A stretch of 44,142 nt of DNA, taken from the IMG/VR virus record IMGVR_UViG_3300009702_000004, positions 1 to 44,142 of that record; one strand, written 5' to 3'. The position numbers and the translations under genes were made by a program. The stretch comes from a virus. Below are positions 29,383-37,239 of this stretch, one piece after another. The notes under the pieces were generated by a model. It was not told the origin of the DNA and did no database searches. It worked only from the letters and a program-made list of their open reading frames with translations. The stretch's first letter is position 1; the number at the start of each line of letters is the position of its first letter.

Positions 29383-29917
29383 TTGCTTGTGTCTCCTTTA
29401 GTTTGTTGTTTACCAGCCGAACGTAACGCGCACCGGCGAGTCGCAAGCGCAAGGAGCCGTTGTACGCCCGCAAGGCTTGGTCTTGGGTATGATGTCGAGT
29501 GAGATAGTCACGGAGTATAGCGACTCCGAAACAAATGTTGATTTGTGGATCTCGAAGTTCTCTACCACCACAATAGGCGGAAAGGGATTCATTGGCGGTC
29601 CAGAAAGGCATGACCTGCATGAGACCCACTGCTCCTGCCTTGGAAATGGCAGCAGTATCCGCCCCCCAATTTTCAACTTGGCTAACAGCGAGCGCAAGCT
29701 CTGGCGAAATCCCTTGTCGTCGAGCTTCTGCATAAACCAAGCGGGTACGCAGTTGTTGTGGCGTCTCGCGGAGGCGTGCAAGTAATGATTCATCCGGTTC
29801 TCCTTGTATTGCGGGCGACTCATTCATTCCGAGTCGATCCTCCAGCTTGTCAATACAATAGTTAGTAACTAACAATGTGACAGTGAGCAAGAGAATGATC
29901 TTCAACCACTTTATCAA
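29375..29917 (-). CDS. Membrane-anchored lytic transglycosylase (SLT domain)
   Basis: N-terminal TM helix, then VSQVEN, GLMQVMP and AYNGS motifs. Confidence 0.8.
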   Translation of the reverse strand: MIKWLKIILLLTVTLLVTNYCIDKLEDRLGMNESPAIQGEPDESLLARLRETPQQLRTRLVYAEARRQGISPELALAVSQVENWGADTAAISKAGAVGLMQVMPFWTANESLSAYCGGRELRDPQINICFGVAILRDYLTRHHTQDQALRAYNGSLRLRLAGARYVRLVNNKLKETQANG

Positions 29918-29926
29918 AGTGATCTC

Positions 29927-32422
29927 CTAGCTGAAGAAGTAGCGCGAAGTCCGCACCTGTTGAACATTGAAGGTGCCCTTTGGGGGTGGCAATGGGACTT
30001 CCGCCTGTGATGAAAAACTTCGATATAGCAGATCAATCACATCGCGTCCATCATAGAGAGAGATGAACGCTTCCCGAGTCGCCTCTGCCATAGTTGAGGC
30101 GTCACAGGCATGAGTACTGTAGCTGTCGTGAACCATTCCGAAGGCGTCGATACCTCCGCGAGAAGCAAGCACTAGAGTCATCATCATTGCCGCCGCATCC
30201 AATGAATGGATGACATTCGGAGCGATGCTGTTTTTATGCTTGATGCGGAGCGCCTTTTTGGTCTTGCGCCATGTTGAGAGCGTGACAATGGAGCCGCATA
30301 GAATTGTCTGTACACGGTGTCTCTTCATGTTCCAATATTCTTGTCGAGCAGGAAAGCCCGTTACCGGGACTGTCCATTCGACGAAGCCCCGTTCGTCACA
30401 CACAGCGCCCGCGCATTCCGCGAGCCACTCCATGCCGCCGAACGCGGCGACTACTACATCCTCTAGCGCTGTCCAGATAAGACCAGCCAAATATCGGCAT
30501 AGAGGGCCGATATAGGATGATCCGTTGTCCAGTTCAAAGGTGGACTGGTTGATCTCCTGCCAGTTGTCTTCCCCCACGAGCGATTCCTCGATCTGTCGGG
30601 CCATGCCGAAAGTCTTGGACCCGTAGGCAAAGGTCATAGTGGGCCGTTTGAACAAAGACCTGCTCAGGAGTCCACTGTGAAGCCACCACTTAGCTGTATC
30701 CATTCCAGTAGCAGCGTCCCGAGCGACAAGCGTGCGGACTGCAGAGTGGATGGCGTCATATACATCGCGAGGTAGGCTTTCTTCTGTGAGGTTGACTTCC
30801 CGCGCCCCTCTAGGATCGCGCAGCAATGCCGCGAAGTGTTGTAGCCCGTTGCATGTACCATCTTGCGCGATGGGGAGACTACTGCGAAAGCGCTCCCCGT
30901 TCCCCACCGCGTCAGCCTCCATGTAGGCATTCCATTCGATTGCGAACGCAAGAAACTGAAACGGTTTATCGGCTTCAGACCACCATGTGATTCCAGCAGG
31001 ATCTTTCGCCACTGCTCGAATTGCCTCTGTGTTAGCCCTGATCCATTGAGCCCTTTGCTCGAAGGATTCTTTGCTGAATTTGTGTCCATCAAACTCTCCT
31101 AGTGTATTAGCCCCGTGTATAGCAAGCCAAGTAGCACCAGTAGTATTGAGGGGCTTAGAAGCAGAAAAACAAAGAAGCCCACGCTGCAGGTCTGAACCTT
31201 GCGGTTGAAGACCTGAACAGATCGGATAGGCTCTTCCTCGGAAGTCGAGATTATGCGGAAACCAGATTCGATCATATTGAGCAAATTGCTCAGCGAGCTC
31301 GATGGCCGTAAACCATTCGATGAGTCTGCTCGCTCGGAGATTGTTCCGCTCTTTGATTTCCGACGCGGCCCGCTTCCATTCTCTGAGTTGTTTCTGTTGC
31401 TCTTCTGTCTGACGATGGCGCTGTATTCCTTTCTTCATCCACGGATGCTTGGGCGGCATGGGCTCTGGCTCAGCGTCAGGAAGACCGCCAAGAGAGCTTC
31501 CTCTCTCGCGGAGATCCAATACCACGTCGAGCACGCGCTGATTGACCCGCCAAGCGGTGGACTGCATTCTGTTGAGCCCCTCATAGACGAAAGGCATGTC
31601 GACCTGTCGGACCCGAGCGTTGCTGGTCTTGCGAACAAGCGGATATTTGTCACGCAACGCATAGCGATACCCGCCGTTCGTCTCCTGTGTCCACGGCAGC
31701 GGCTCTTCGACCATCGGCAGGGCCTGCGGCCGATGCCACTGCATTATGTCATTGGTGTCTTCGAGGAGCTGCTGTGTCTCTTCAGTGAGAGCGAAGGTCT
31801 TGACCTCAGACCATTTCTGTCCCTTCTTCCTCTTCTTGTTTGTGAGACGACCGATGCCGGTTGTGTCAAGGCACACATTGATCAACTTGAGGCCGAGGAG
31901 CATAGCTTCCCGGTCAGTCAGATTCGCGTCGTCCTCGACCCCTGCGTATCGAGCTGCTTGGTTCAGAGAATGTGCTCTATGCTTGTAGTTGGACGTGTTG
32001 AATTGCCGCATGCGGTATTCAAACAATCCCCGAGCCTCTGTCCGCAGCTTCCGATAGCGTAGCTCGTCATTCAGCAGTCTCGCGATGGTCGGAGCGAGTT
32101 TGGAGATGTTGCTCTCGATGTGAGGATGCCCCAACAGTGTCCTGATGGTGATGTAGGCTGCCACATCCGTGCCGACCAACTGAAGCCACCGGATCAAAGT
32201 GCCATAGCCCCGCCGATCCTTCTTAACGAGTATCTCGTCAAAGGCCTTTTTGGTCGGTGACAATACCTTCTGCAGCAGCTTGCGGGCGGCGCCCTCAGCT
32301 GTCGCATCTCCTTCTTGAGATAACTCTTCGAGTCTCTTCCTGAAGCGGAGAGCCCCGTTGGCCAATGCTGCATCTTCCAGCTCTGTTTGACGCTGGTGCA
32401 TCGCTAAGGAATCATCGTTCAA
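29927..32422 (-). CDS. Single-subunit DNA-directed RNA polymerase (T7 gp1-like)
   Basis: 831 aa with FRGRAYP, DGTCNGLQHFAALLRD and HDSYSTH motifs. TTG start follows AAGGAG by 9 nt. Confidence 0.96.
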   Translation of the reverse strand: MNDDSLAMHQRQTELEDAALANGALRFRKRLEELSQEGDATAEGAARKLLQKVLSPTKKAFDEILVKKDRRGYGTLIRWLQLVGTDVAAYITIRTLLGHPHIESNISKLAPTIARLLNDELRYRKLRTEARGLFEYRMRQFNTSNYKHRAHSLNQAARYAGVEDDANLTDREAMLLGLKLINVCLDTTGIGRLTNKKRKKGQKWSEVKTFALTEETQQLLEDTNDIMQWHRPQALPMVEEPLPWTQETNGGYRYALRDKYPLVRKTSNARVRQVDMPFVYEGLNRMQSTAWRVNQRVLDVVLDLRERGSSLGGLPDAEPEPMPPKHPWMKKGIQRHRQTEEQQKQLREWKRAASEIKERNNLRASRLIEWFTAIELAEQFAQYDRIWFPHNLDFRGRAYPICSGLQPQGSDLQRGLLCFSASKPLNTTGATWLAIHGANTLGEFDGHKFSKESFEQRAQWIRANTEAIRAVAKDPAGITWWSEADKPFQFLAFAIEWNAYMEADAVGNGERFRSSLPIAQDGTCNGLQHFAALLRDPRGAREVNLTEESLPRDVYDAIHSAVRTLVARDAATGMDTAKWWLHSGLLSRSLFKRPTMTFAYGSKTFGMARQIEESLVGEDNWQEINQSTFELDNGSSYIGPLCRYLAGLIWTALEDVVVAAFGGMEWLAECAGAVCDERGFVEWTVPVTGFPARQEYWNMKRHRVQTILCGSIVTLSTWRKTKKALRIKHKNSIAPNVIHSLDAAAMMMTLVLASRGGIDAFGMVHDSYSTHACDASTMAEATREAFISLYDGRDVIDLLYRSFSSQAEVPLPPPKGTFNVQQVRTSRYFFS

Positions 32423-32444
32423 TATACTGTACTCCTTTGTGTGT

Positions 32445-32760
32445 GGAGCTGTGTGTCCTCGGGTTACCCCTCAGGTTGCTACCCTATACCCTCCTTGGTT
32501 ACTATCCCCTCATTGGGTTACCCTCAGGTAGCTTCCCTATCTCTCCTACGTACCTCCTTGCGTTACCTCATTGGGTTACTCTCCTTAGGTAAGGAACAAC
32601 AATGAATAACTCTCCTAGGGGTATATACCCAATAGACCTCTTTGCGTACCTCCTTGCGTTACCTCATTGGGGTGCAGGTCATAGAGGATAGACCTCAGGT
32701 GCTCATGGGGAAGACTCCTAAGGTATACCTATATACAGTCTTTTTCTTCTTTTTTTTCTC
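32445..32760 (-). repeat. Array of imperfect direct repeats with Shine-Dalgarno-like cores in the RNAP leader
   Basis: Exact 27-mer cgtacctccttgcgttacctcattggg at 32549-32575 and 32645-32671. Four copies of cctc(att)gggtta. At least eight AGGAG/AAGGAGG cores on the minus strand without start codons. Confidence 0.85.
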
Positions 32761-32762
32761 CT

Positions 32763-32785
32763 CCTTCTTAAGGGTAGACTTTGTT
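32763..32785 (-). promoter_or_regulatory. Candidate phage-RNAP promoter, copy 2 (AACAAAGTCTACCCTTAAGAAGG)
   Basis: 21 of 23 nt are identical to 19826-19848. It lies at the head of the RNAP leader. Confidence 0.45.
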
Positions 32786-32828
32786 GTAGAAAACCCGAAC
32801 AAAACATTACAAAGGTCGTAACCCGTTG

Positions 32829-33155
32829 CTAGAAGCGCACTTGTACGCTGCGTCGGGCGGTCGCTTCGTGGTCGGGCGGCAGGGCATCCATCAGGGCTGC
32901 GATATACCTGACCAGCCGTCCCTTGGCTTTGATCATCCTGCCGTAGGCGTCCCCTGTATAGGACACCGCCCCGTCTCTTCCGTCGCTCACTTCTCTGAGC
33001 GCCACCTCAAAGTCCGCGGAGGTCTCCATCAGCTCATCAACGAGGGTCATTGCTTTCGGTGTCACCCGGATCACTGGAAAAAATTTCCCCTTATCCCCCC
33101 CTCGATTGCGCTTAGGAGGTTCTGGCAGGAATGGTCCATCTGATAGGATTGACAA
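32829..33155 (-). CDS. Hypothetical early protein, paralogue of 37885..38106
   Basis: TLVDELMETSADFEVALREV...GRLVRYIAAL aligns with TLIDELIRTSANLKMRLREA...TRVMDYIEAL. TTG start. Confidence 0.6.
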   Translation of the reverse strand: MSILSDGPFLPEPPKRNRGGDKGKFFPVIRVTPKAMTLVDELMETSADFEVALREVSDGRDGAVSYTGDAYGRMIKAKGRLVRYIAALMDALPPDHEATARRSVQVRF

Positions 33156-33183
33156 GATGTGTCGCCTTTCTGTGTGTTTGTGA

Positions 33184-33263
33184 TGGAGGCGCAGGGAATC
33201 GAACCCTGGTCCGGGCAGCTCGCCACTGTTGGGTCTTTGCTCCCGTCAAACCCATTCGCCCCC
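33184..33263 (-). ncRNA. Minimal tmRNA-like RNA (tRNA-like domain only)
   Basis: Acceptor helix GGGGGCG/CGCCUCC with G3:U70. T-arm CAGGG-UUCGAUU-CCCUG. The 5' string GGGGGCGAAUGGGUUUGACGGGA resembles the tmRNA 5' end. No D-stem or anticodon arm. It fills a 119-nt intergenic gap. Confidence 0.65.
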
Positions 33264-33274
33264 TTCTTTTTTTC

Positions 33275-33433
33275 CTATCCTTCTCTTCTTTCAAGCTCTG
33301 TTATGATCGCTATGGATTCTTCTCTTTCGATTCCTCCTCGGTTTCTCTGCGCCAGCTTGATGAGACGTTCTTGGAGCCACTCGTTCGGCCAGTTCTCGAA
33401 GCCTGTCGGTTGCTCATTATCATCAGGATGCAT
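33275..33433 (-). CDS. Possible small ORF, 52 aa
   Basis: The ATG overlaps the end of the upstream ORF. Below the track threshold. Confidence 0.4.
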   Translation of the reverse strand: MHPDDNEQPTGFENWPNEWLQERLIKLAQRNRGGIEREESIAIITELERREG

Positions 33434-33695
33434 CTTTCAGCATCTTTCTGAGCTCTGCTTTGATTCGTCTTGCGTCTGCTCCTCTGAAGTGTGCTGCGTT
33501 TCCGAGGAATCGATACAGGATTCCGACTGCGCTGTCGTAGCCATAGTAGTCATTGACTGTGTTCAATTCTTGCATGGCTCTCAGATAGGGCTCTGCCGCG
33601 AAATTTACCTTTGGGCGCCCGTTCTTGTCAACCCACTTCTGTCTGATCTCTCTGGCTATTGTTGAGATCGGCCGCTGTTCCGGTGGTGATGTCAT
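33423..33695 (-). CDS. Hypothetical early protein, 90 aa
   Basis: ATGA overlap with the upstream ORF. Confidence 0.6.
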   Translation of the reverse strand: MTSPPEQRPISTIAREIRQKWVDKNGRPKVNFAAEPYLRAMQELNTVNDYYGYDSAVGILYRFLGNAAHFRGADARRIKAELRKMLKDAS

Positions 33696-33934
33696 TTTCG
33701 TTTTGTCTCCTTTTTCTTTCGTAGTCTGGTGACTTCTGTCTTTCCTGATAGATTGATCCGTCCTGTGTAGTTTCCTGAGATTTCTTCTTTGTCATCATCC
33801 GGTCTGTTCGGCGTGTCGAGTTTCACTGTTACTCCGCTGAGTGTCGAGAATTTGATTGTTCCCTTCAGCCACGGACAGTTGGTTACTCGAAACCTTGCTT
33901 CCTCACACTTCTCCGCCAACTTCCTTAGGAACAT
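33692..33934 (-). CDS. Hypothetical early protein, 80 aa
   Basis: ATG 6 nt after GAGGAG. Basic C-terminus. Confidence 0.6.
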   Translation of the reverse strand: MFLRKLAEKCEEARFRVTNCPWLKGTIKFSTLSGVTVKLDTPNRPDDDKEEISGNYTGRINLSGKTEVTRLRKKKETKRK

Positions 33935-34130
33935 TCGATTCTCCTCTGTAGGCTGCGAGGTTGAGTCCCCAATGCCTTTTCAGCTCTCCGAGTTCATCAT
34001 CTACTGCGAGGATGTTGTCGTACCAGCCGGTGAGTATCTCACCATCGATTGGGTCTATGGCACAGTACATCATGTTGTCGTCGGAGTCCTCGAAGTCCAT
34101 CTTGAGTCTGCACAGCTCTGCTATGAGCAT
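33903..34130 (-). CDS. Hypothetical early protein, 75 aa, acidic
   Basis: Compact ORF in the early operon. Confidence 0.5.
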   Translation of the reverse strand: MLIAELCRLKMDFEDSDDNMMYCAIDPIDGEILTGWYDNILAVDDELGELKRHWGLNLAAYRGESNVPKEVGGEV

Positions 34131-34132
34131 TT

Positions 34133-34312
34133 TCAGATCCTCATCTTTCTTGATTGCGCTCTTTTGCGCTTTTCTGCCACGCGGTGGGCTCTGGCATATA
34201 GGATGCCTTTTTGGCCCCGCTTTGGTCGGAGGCCTCTCTTATCGAGGAGGCTTTTGAGTAGTTTCTGCAGATTGTAATCGCTGATGCTCTGCAGGAGTGC
34301 GATTGTGCTCAT
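34133..34312 (-). CDS. Possible small basic protein, 59 aa
   Basis: Fills the gap between two ORFs exactly (stop, 2 nt, next ATG). K/R-rich. One codon below the track threshold. Confidence 0.45.
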   Translation of the reverse strand: MSTIALLQSISDYNLQKLLKSLLDKRGLRPKRGQKGILYARAHRVAEKRKRAQSRKMRI

Positions 34313-34316
34313 CGGT

Positions 34317-34607
34317 TTATATCATCCCTTCTATGTCGAAGTCTTCGATCATGTCTTTGATCTCTGTCAGCAGCTCTGCTGTATTTTCTGTTTCTTGCAG
34401 AGCTGATTCGACATCGCTCATCATGTTGCTCATCGTCTCTTCGATTTCAGTTTGAATCTTCTGCTTCACTTCATCTCGGATTTCGTCTTCGATTTCTTCT
34501 TTGATGCTATCTCGAAACTGATCTTCCAGTTCTGACGGAAGTTTGCTGATGTCGTAGAGTTCTCTGATGGTTTCTGTGTTTACGTCTGCTAAGTAGTAGC
34601 GTGACAT
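34317..34607 (-). CDS. Highly acidic early protein, 96 aa (DNA-mimic candidate)
   Basis: About one third of residues are D or E (EIEDEIRDEVKQKIQTEIEE...). Confidence 0.6.
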   Translation of the reverse strand: MSRYYLADVNTETIRELYDISKLPSELEDQFRDSIKEEIEDEIRDEVKQKIQTEIEETMSNMMSDVESALQETENTAELLTEIKDMIEDFDIEGMI

Positions 34608-34611
34608 GGAG

Positions 34612-35187
34612 TTACGTGCTCCTTATCTGCAACCAAATGGTCGCTTGGAATTGGGCGACGGACTGTCCGACCATCTTTGAGGCCACTTCGAGGGCCTTTG
34701 TGATGCGCCCATATTGTTTCTGTGTTGGTGCTATCTTCTTGCTGTTTCGTCCGTTCACAATTCGCATGATCCATCGATCTATGACTGCTGCACTCATGTC
34801 TCCTGTGAGTGCTAGCGCGAAGGCATTGACTTTCGGGCCTTTTAGCGCATCTAGTTCTCCTCTGAGACATGCTTTCGCCTTATCTATTGGGTCTTTCATT
34901 CCTACGGCGTTATTGCCGTTGGCGAGTTGTCGCACTACTTCGATGTTTCTGCTCCATTGCATTTGGTTGCTCAGTGCTGCGACGGCATATGCAATGTTGT
35001 GGAACGGCTTGTTTAGTTCTTCGGCCAGTTCTCTGATGTCATGCTGTGCTTCCCAATACCACATGGTGCCTTCTCCTACTTGTTCTGCTGTTGCTCGTCT
35101 CCAGCTCGCTAGGAACTTGTTGACGTAGCCGAGGTTTAGCGGTGCTCGCTTTCCCCGCTCGATGGCTTTCTTGTCGTATTTTGGCAC
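34612..35187 (-). CDS. Hypothetical early protein, 191 aa
   Basis: Largest early ORF. No motif I can name. Confidence 0.65.
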   Translation of the reverse strand: MPKYDKKAIERGKRAPLNLGYVNKFLASWRRATAEQVGEGTMWYWEAQHDIRELAEELNKPFHNIAYAVAALSNQMQWSRNIEVVRQLANGNNAVGMKDPIDKAKACLRGELDALKGPKVNAFALALTGDMSAAVIDRWIMRIVNGRNSKKIAPTQKQYGRITKALEVASKMVGQSVAQFQATIWLQIRST

Positions 35188-35193
35188 TTATCG

Positions 35194-35448
35194 TTAGCCA
35201 TCCAGTTCAGCATAGAATTCATCGCGCTCTGCAGTTGTGTCGAATCTGCAGTCGTCTTCTGGGTCGTCGTCGGGCTCTTCTTCGTCGAAGACTCCGTAGG
35301 CGACCGCCCATTGATAGAGGGATTCGTCGTTCTTGATCCAGTCTTCTCGGTCTTTGTCGTCGAGGCTGAAGTTTGGTTCATTCAGCGCTTCTCGAATTAT
35401 TTTATCGAGTTCTCCTCGATTCTTGTCGAGGAATTGTTGTAAGGTCAT
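35194..35448 (-). CDS. Hypothetical early protein, 84 aa
   Basis: I chose ATG 35448, 8 nt after AGGAGG. The longer GTG start in the track lacks an RBS. Confidence 0.55.
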   Translation of the reverse strand: MTLQQFLDKNRGELDKIIREALNEPNFSLDDKDREDWIKNDESLYQWAVAYGVFDEEEPDDDPEDDCRFDTTAERDEFYAELDG

Positions 35449-35540
35449 CTGCTGCAGCCTCCTAGATCTCTGCAATGTTCCCATGAAATTATCACAATGC
35501 CGTAGATGATGATCGCCCATTGTATTGCGATCAAGAACAT
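35445..35540 (-). CDS. Possible 31-aa hydrophobic peptide
   Basis: MFLIAIQWAIIIYGIVIISWEH... Its TGA overlaps the next ATG (ATGA). Confidence 0.3.
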   Translation of the reverse strand: MFLIAIQWAIIIYGIVIISWEHCRDLGGCSR

Positions 35541-35575
35541 TGTGATCTTTCAGTTGTGCCACCAGCTCTTCATCT

Positions 35576-35812
35576 CTATTTCTTGATGATCTTTATCCAG
35601 TTGGTTTTGTGTTGCTTGAGGGTGAGGCTTTTGTCTGACGATATTCCTGCGTCGTGCAGAGCATCGAAGATTTTGATTGTTGCGCTATGCCCATACATGT
35701 GTCCTATGATTCTTTGTAGGACTCTTGCGGTTTCTATGGACATTTTCAGATGGACAGTCTTTTCGATTCTTTGTTCGATTCTTGCTTCACATCTTTCTTT
35801 GATAGGCACCAT
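35576..35812 (-). CDS. Hypothetical early protein, paralogue of 36401..36646
   Basis: MSIETARVLQRIIGHMYG...DALHDAGI aligns with LSVENAQVLRQIMQHIGG...VALSEAGI. Confidence 0.55.
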   Translation of the reverse strand: MVPIKERCEARIEQRIEKTVHLKMSIETARVLQRIIGHMYGHSATIKIFDALHDAGISSDKSLTLKQHKTNWIKIIKK

Positions 35813-35833
35813 CTGTTGTTGTTCTCCTTTCTT

Positions 35834-36385
35834 TTAGTAGTCGTAGAGCGTTGCTGGGCTTCCAAAATCGAAACAGTAGAGTTCTCCGTTGTAGGTTCCT
35901 ACATTTCCGATGTGGATGTCCTCGAAGGCCATTTGCTCGAATTGATTTCTCCACTTCTTGTTATCTTTCCAAAACTCTTCTACTTCTTCTCTGTTTGCGC
36001 TGTAGGCTAGGTCTAGGGGTTCTACTGTGAGTTGCAGGCAGCCTGTCTGGCCAACTCTAACCGTCGGTACGCAGTATTTCTGCAGGCCATAGTCTTTCAT
36101 TTTCTTGTATAGCTCTGCCTCGTCTACTGCGTTTTCTCCGAGCTTCAGCGTCCACTGTTTGTTGATGAACACTATTGGCTTGCAGATTCCTTCTTTTGCG
36201 GTTTTGGCTTGGAAGGCTTTTCGCATTTCTTTGATCAGCCTTTTTATCTCTACATCCTTTGATATTCTCCAGTGTATGTCCGTGTCAGCCAGCATCTTGA
36301 ATTTGGTTCTCCAGCCGCTATTGAGATGCTTGGCTATTTTCTTCAGCCTTTTGATGATCTCTTTTCTCTCTGTCTCGGCCATCAT
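35834..36385 (-). CDS. Early protein with a kinase-like catalytic segment (possible gp0.7 analogue)
   Basis: FEDIHIGNVGTYNGELYCFDFG resembles the HxGN...DFG catalytic/Mg loop of atypical kinases. This is a weak call. Confidence 0.35.
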   Translation of the reverse strand: MMAETERKEIIKRLKKIAKHLNSGWRTKFKMLADTDIHWRISKDVEIKRLIKEMRKAFQAKTAKEGICKPIVFINKQWTLKLGENAVDEAELYKKMKDYGLQKYCVPTVRVGQTGCLQLTVEPLDLAYSANREEVEEFWKDNKKWRNQFEQMAFEDIHIGNVGTYNGELYCFDFGSPATLYDY

Positions 36386-36400
36386 GATGATTCTCTCGTA

Positions 36401-36646
36401 TTAGAGGTCTGAGAAGTAGATTGAGCCGCTGAATTCTGTCAGCTTCTTGGTCGCGATCTCGATTCCTGCCTCACTTAGTGCTACGTCGAGTTCTCCTATC
36501 ATTCCTCTTGCCGTTGTTCTTGGGCTTCCTCCAATGTGTTGCATGATCTGTCTCAGCACTTGTGCGTTTTCTACTGAGAGTTCTACTATCACGCGTCCTT
36601 CTGCTATTACCACTGGTTCGGTGATTCTTGCTGTTGGCTTTGACAT
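36401..36646 (-). CDS. Hypothetical early protein, paralogue of 35576..35812
   Basis: See 35576..35812. Confidence 0.55.
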   Translation of the reverse strand: MSKPTARITEPVVIAEGRVIVELSVENAQVLRQIMQHIGGSPRTTARGMIGELDVALSEAGIEIATKKLTEFSGSIYFSDL

Positions 36647-36669
36647 TAGGTTTGGTTTCTCTCTTTCTT

Positions 36670-36912
36670 TTATTTCTTTTGGGCGATTGTGATCGTGACG
36701 ACACCGTTTCGGAATTTCTTTCCGAAGTGTCGTTCAAAATCCTTTGGACAGAATTCGAAGAGGACTTCGTTTGTCTTGTAGTCTCTGAGTCTGTAGTTTG
36801 TTGCTTCTGGCGGCTCGTTTCTTACTTGGTCGCAGATGCTGCAGCCGCGGTCCATGCACAGCTCATCGTGTGTCGTTCTGATGCTTAGCCGGAATCGTCG
36901 CGTTTTCTTCAT
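36670..36912 (-). CDS. Hypothetical early protein, 80 aa
   Basis: Compact ORF containing a CxxC pair. Confidence 0.5.
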   Translation of the reverse strand: MKKTRRFRLSIRTTHDELCMDRGCSICDQVRNEPPEATNYRLRDYKTNEVLFEFCPKDFERHFGKKFRNGVVTITIAQKK

Positions 36913-36918
36913 CTTGTG

Positions 36919-37239
36919 CTATTCTCCTGTGAGCAGATTGACTCCGCAGTAGTTACATGTTGCGGAATCTGAGCAAGAATGTGCTCTAATCTCAGTTTGT
37001 ATCAGATGTTCGGCGACGCCTCGGAATTTGTGTTGGAGCTCTCCGTTGCATTGATCGCAGAAGGATAGCCCCCAATCATTCCAATGTGCGCCCACGATCT
37101 GTTCAAGTGGGTGTTTGTTTCTGCACTCACTTGAGCAGAATCCGGGTCTTGCTGGGCTTCGTGGTCCTTCTGCCTCCATGCGGAAGTCTTTTCCACATGA
37201 TAGGCAGAAGAACTCTACGTCGCTTGTTCTGATGATCAC
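36919..37239 (-). CDS. Cysteine-rich zinc-finger-like early protein
   Basis: CLSCG, CSSEC, CDQCNG and CNYCG pairs. Confidence 0.55.
   Translation of the reverse strand: MIIRTSDVEFFCLSCGKDFRMEAEGPRSPARPGFCSSECRNKHPLEQIVGAHWNDWGLSFCDQCNGELQHKFRGVAEHLIQTEIRAHSCSDSATCNYCGVNLLTGE

Noticed and set aside
33184-33263. Ordinary tRNA-Ala, or a full-length or two-piece tmRNA.
   Set aside because: No 5-bp/7-nt anticodon arm or D-stem can be drawn. There is no resume codon, tag ORF or pseudoknot region. The order (5' strand first, T-arm last) is not the permuted alphaproteobacterial arrangement.
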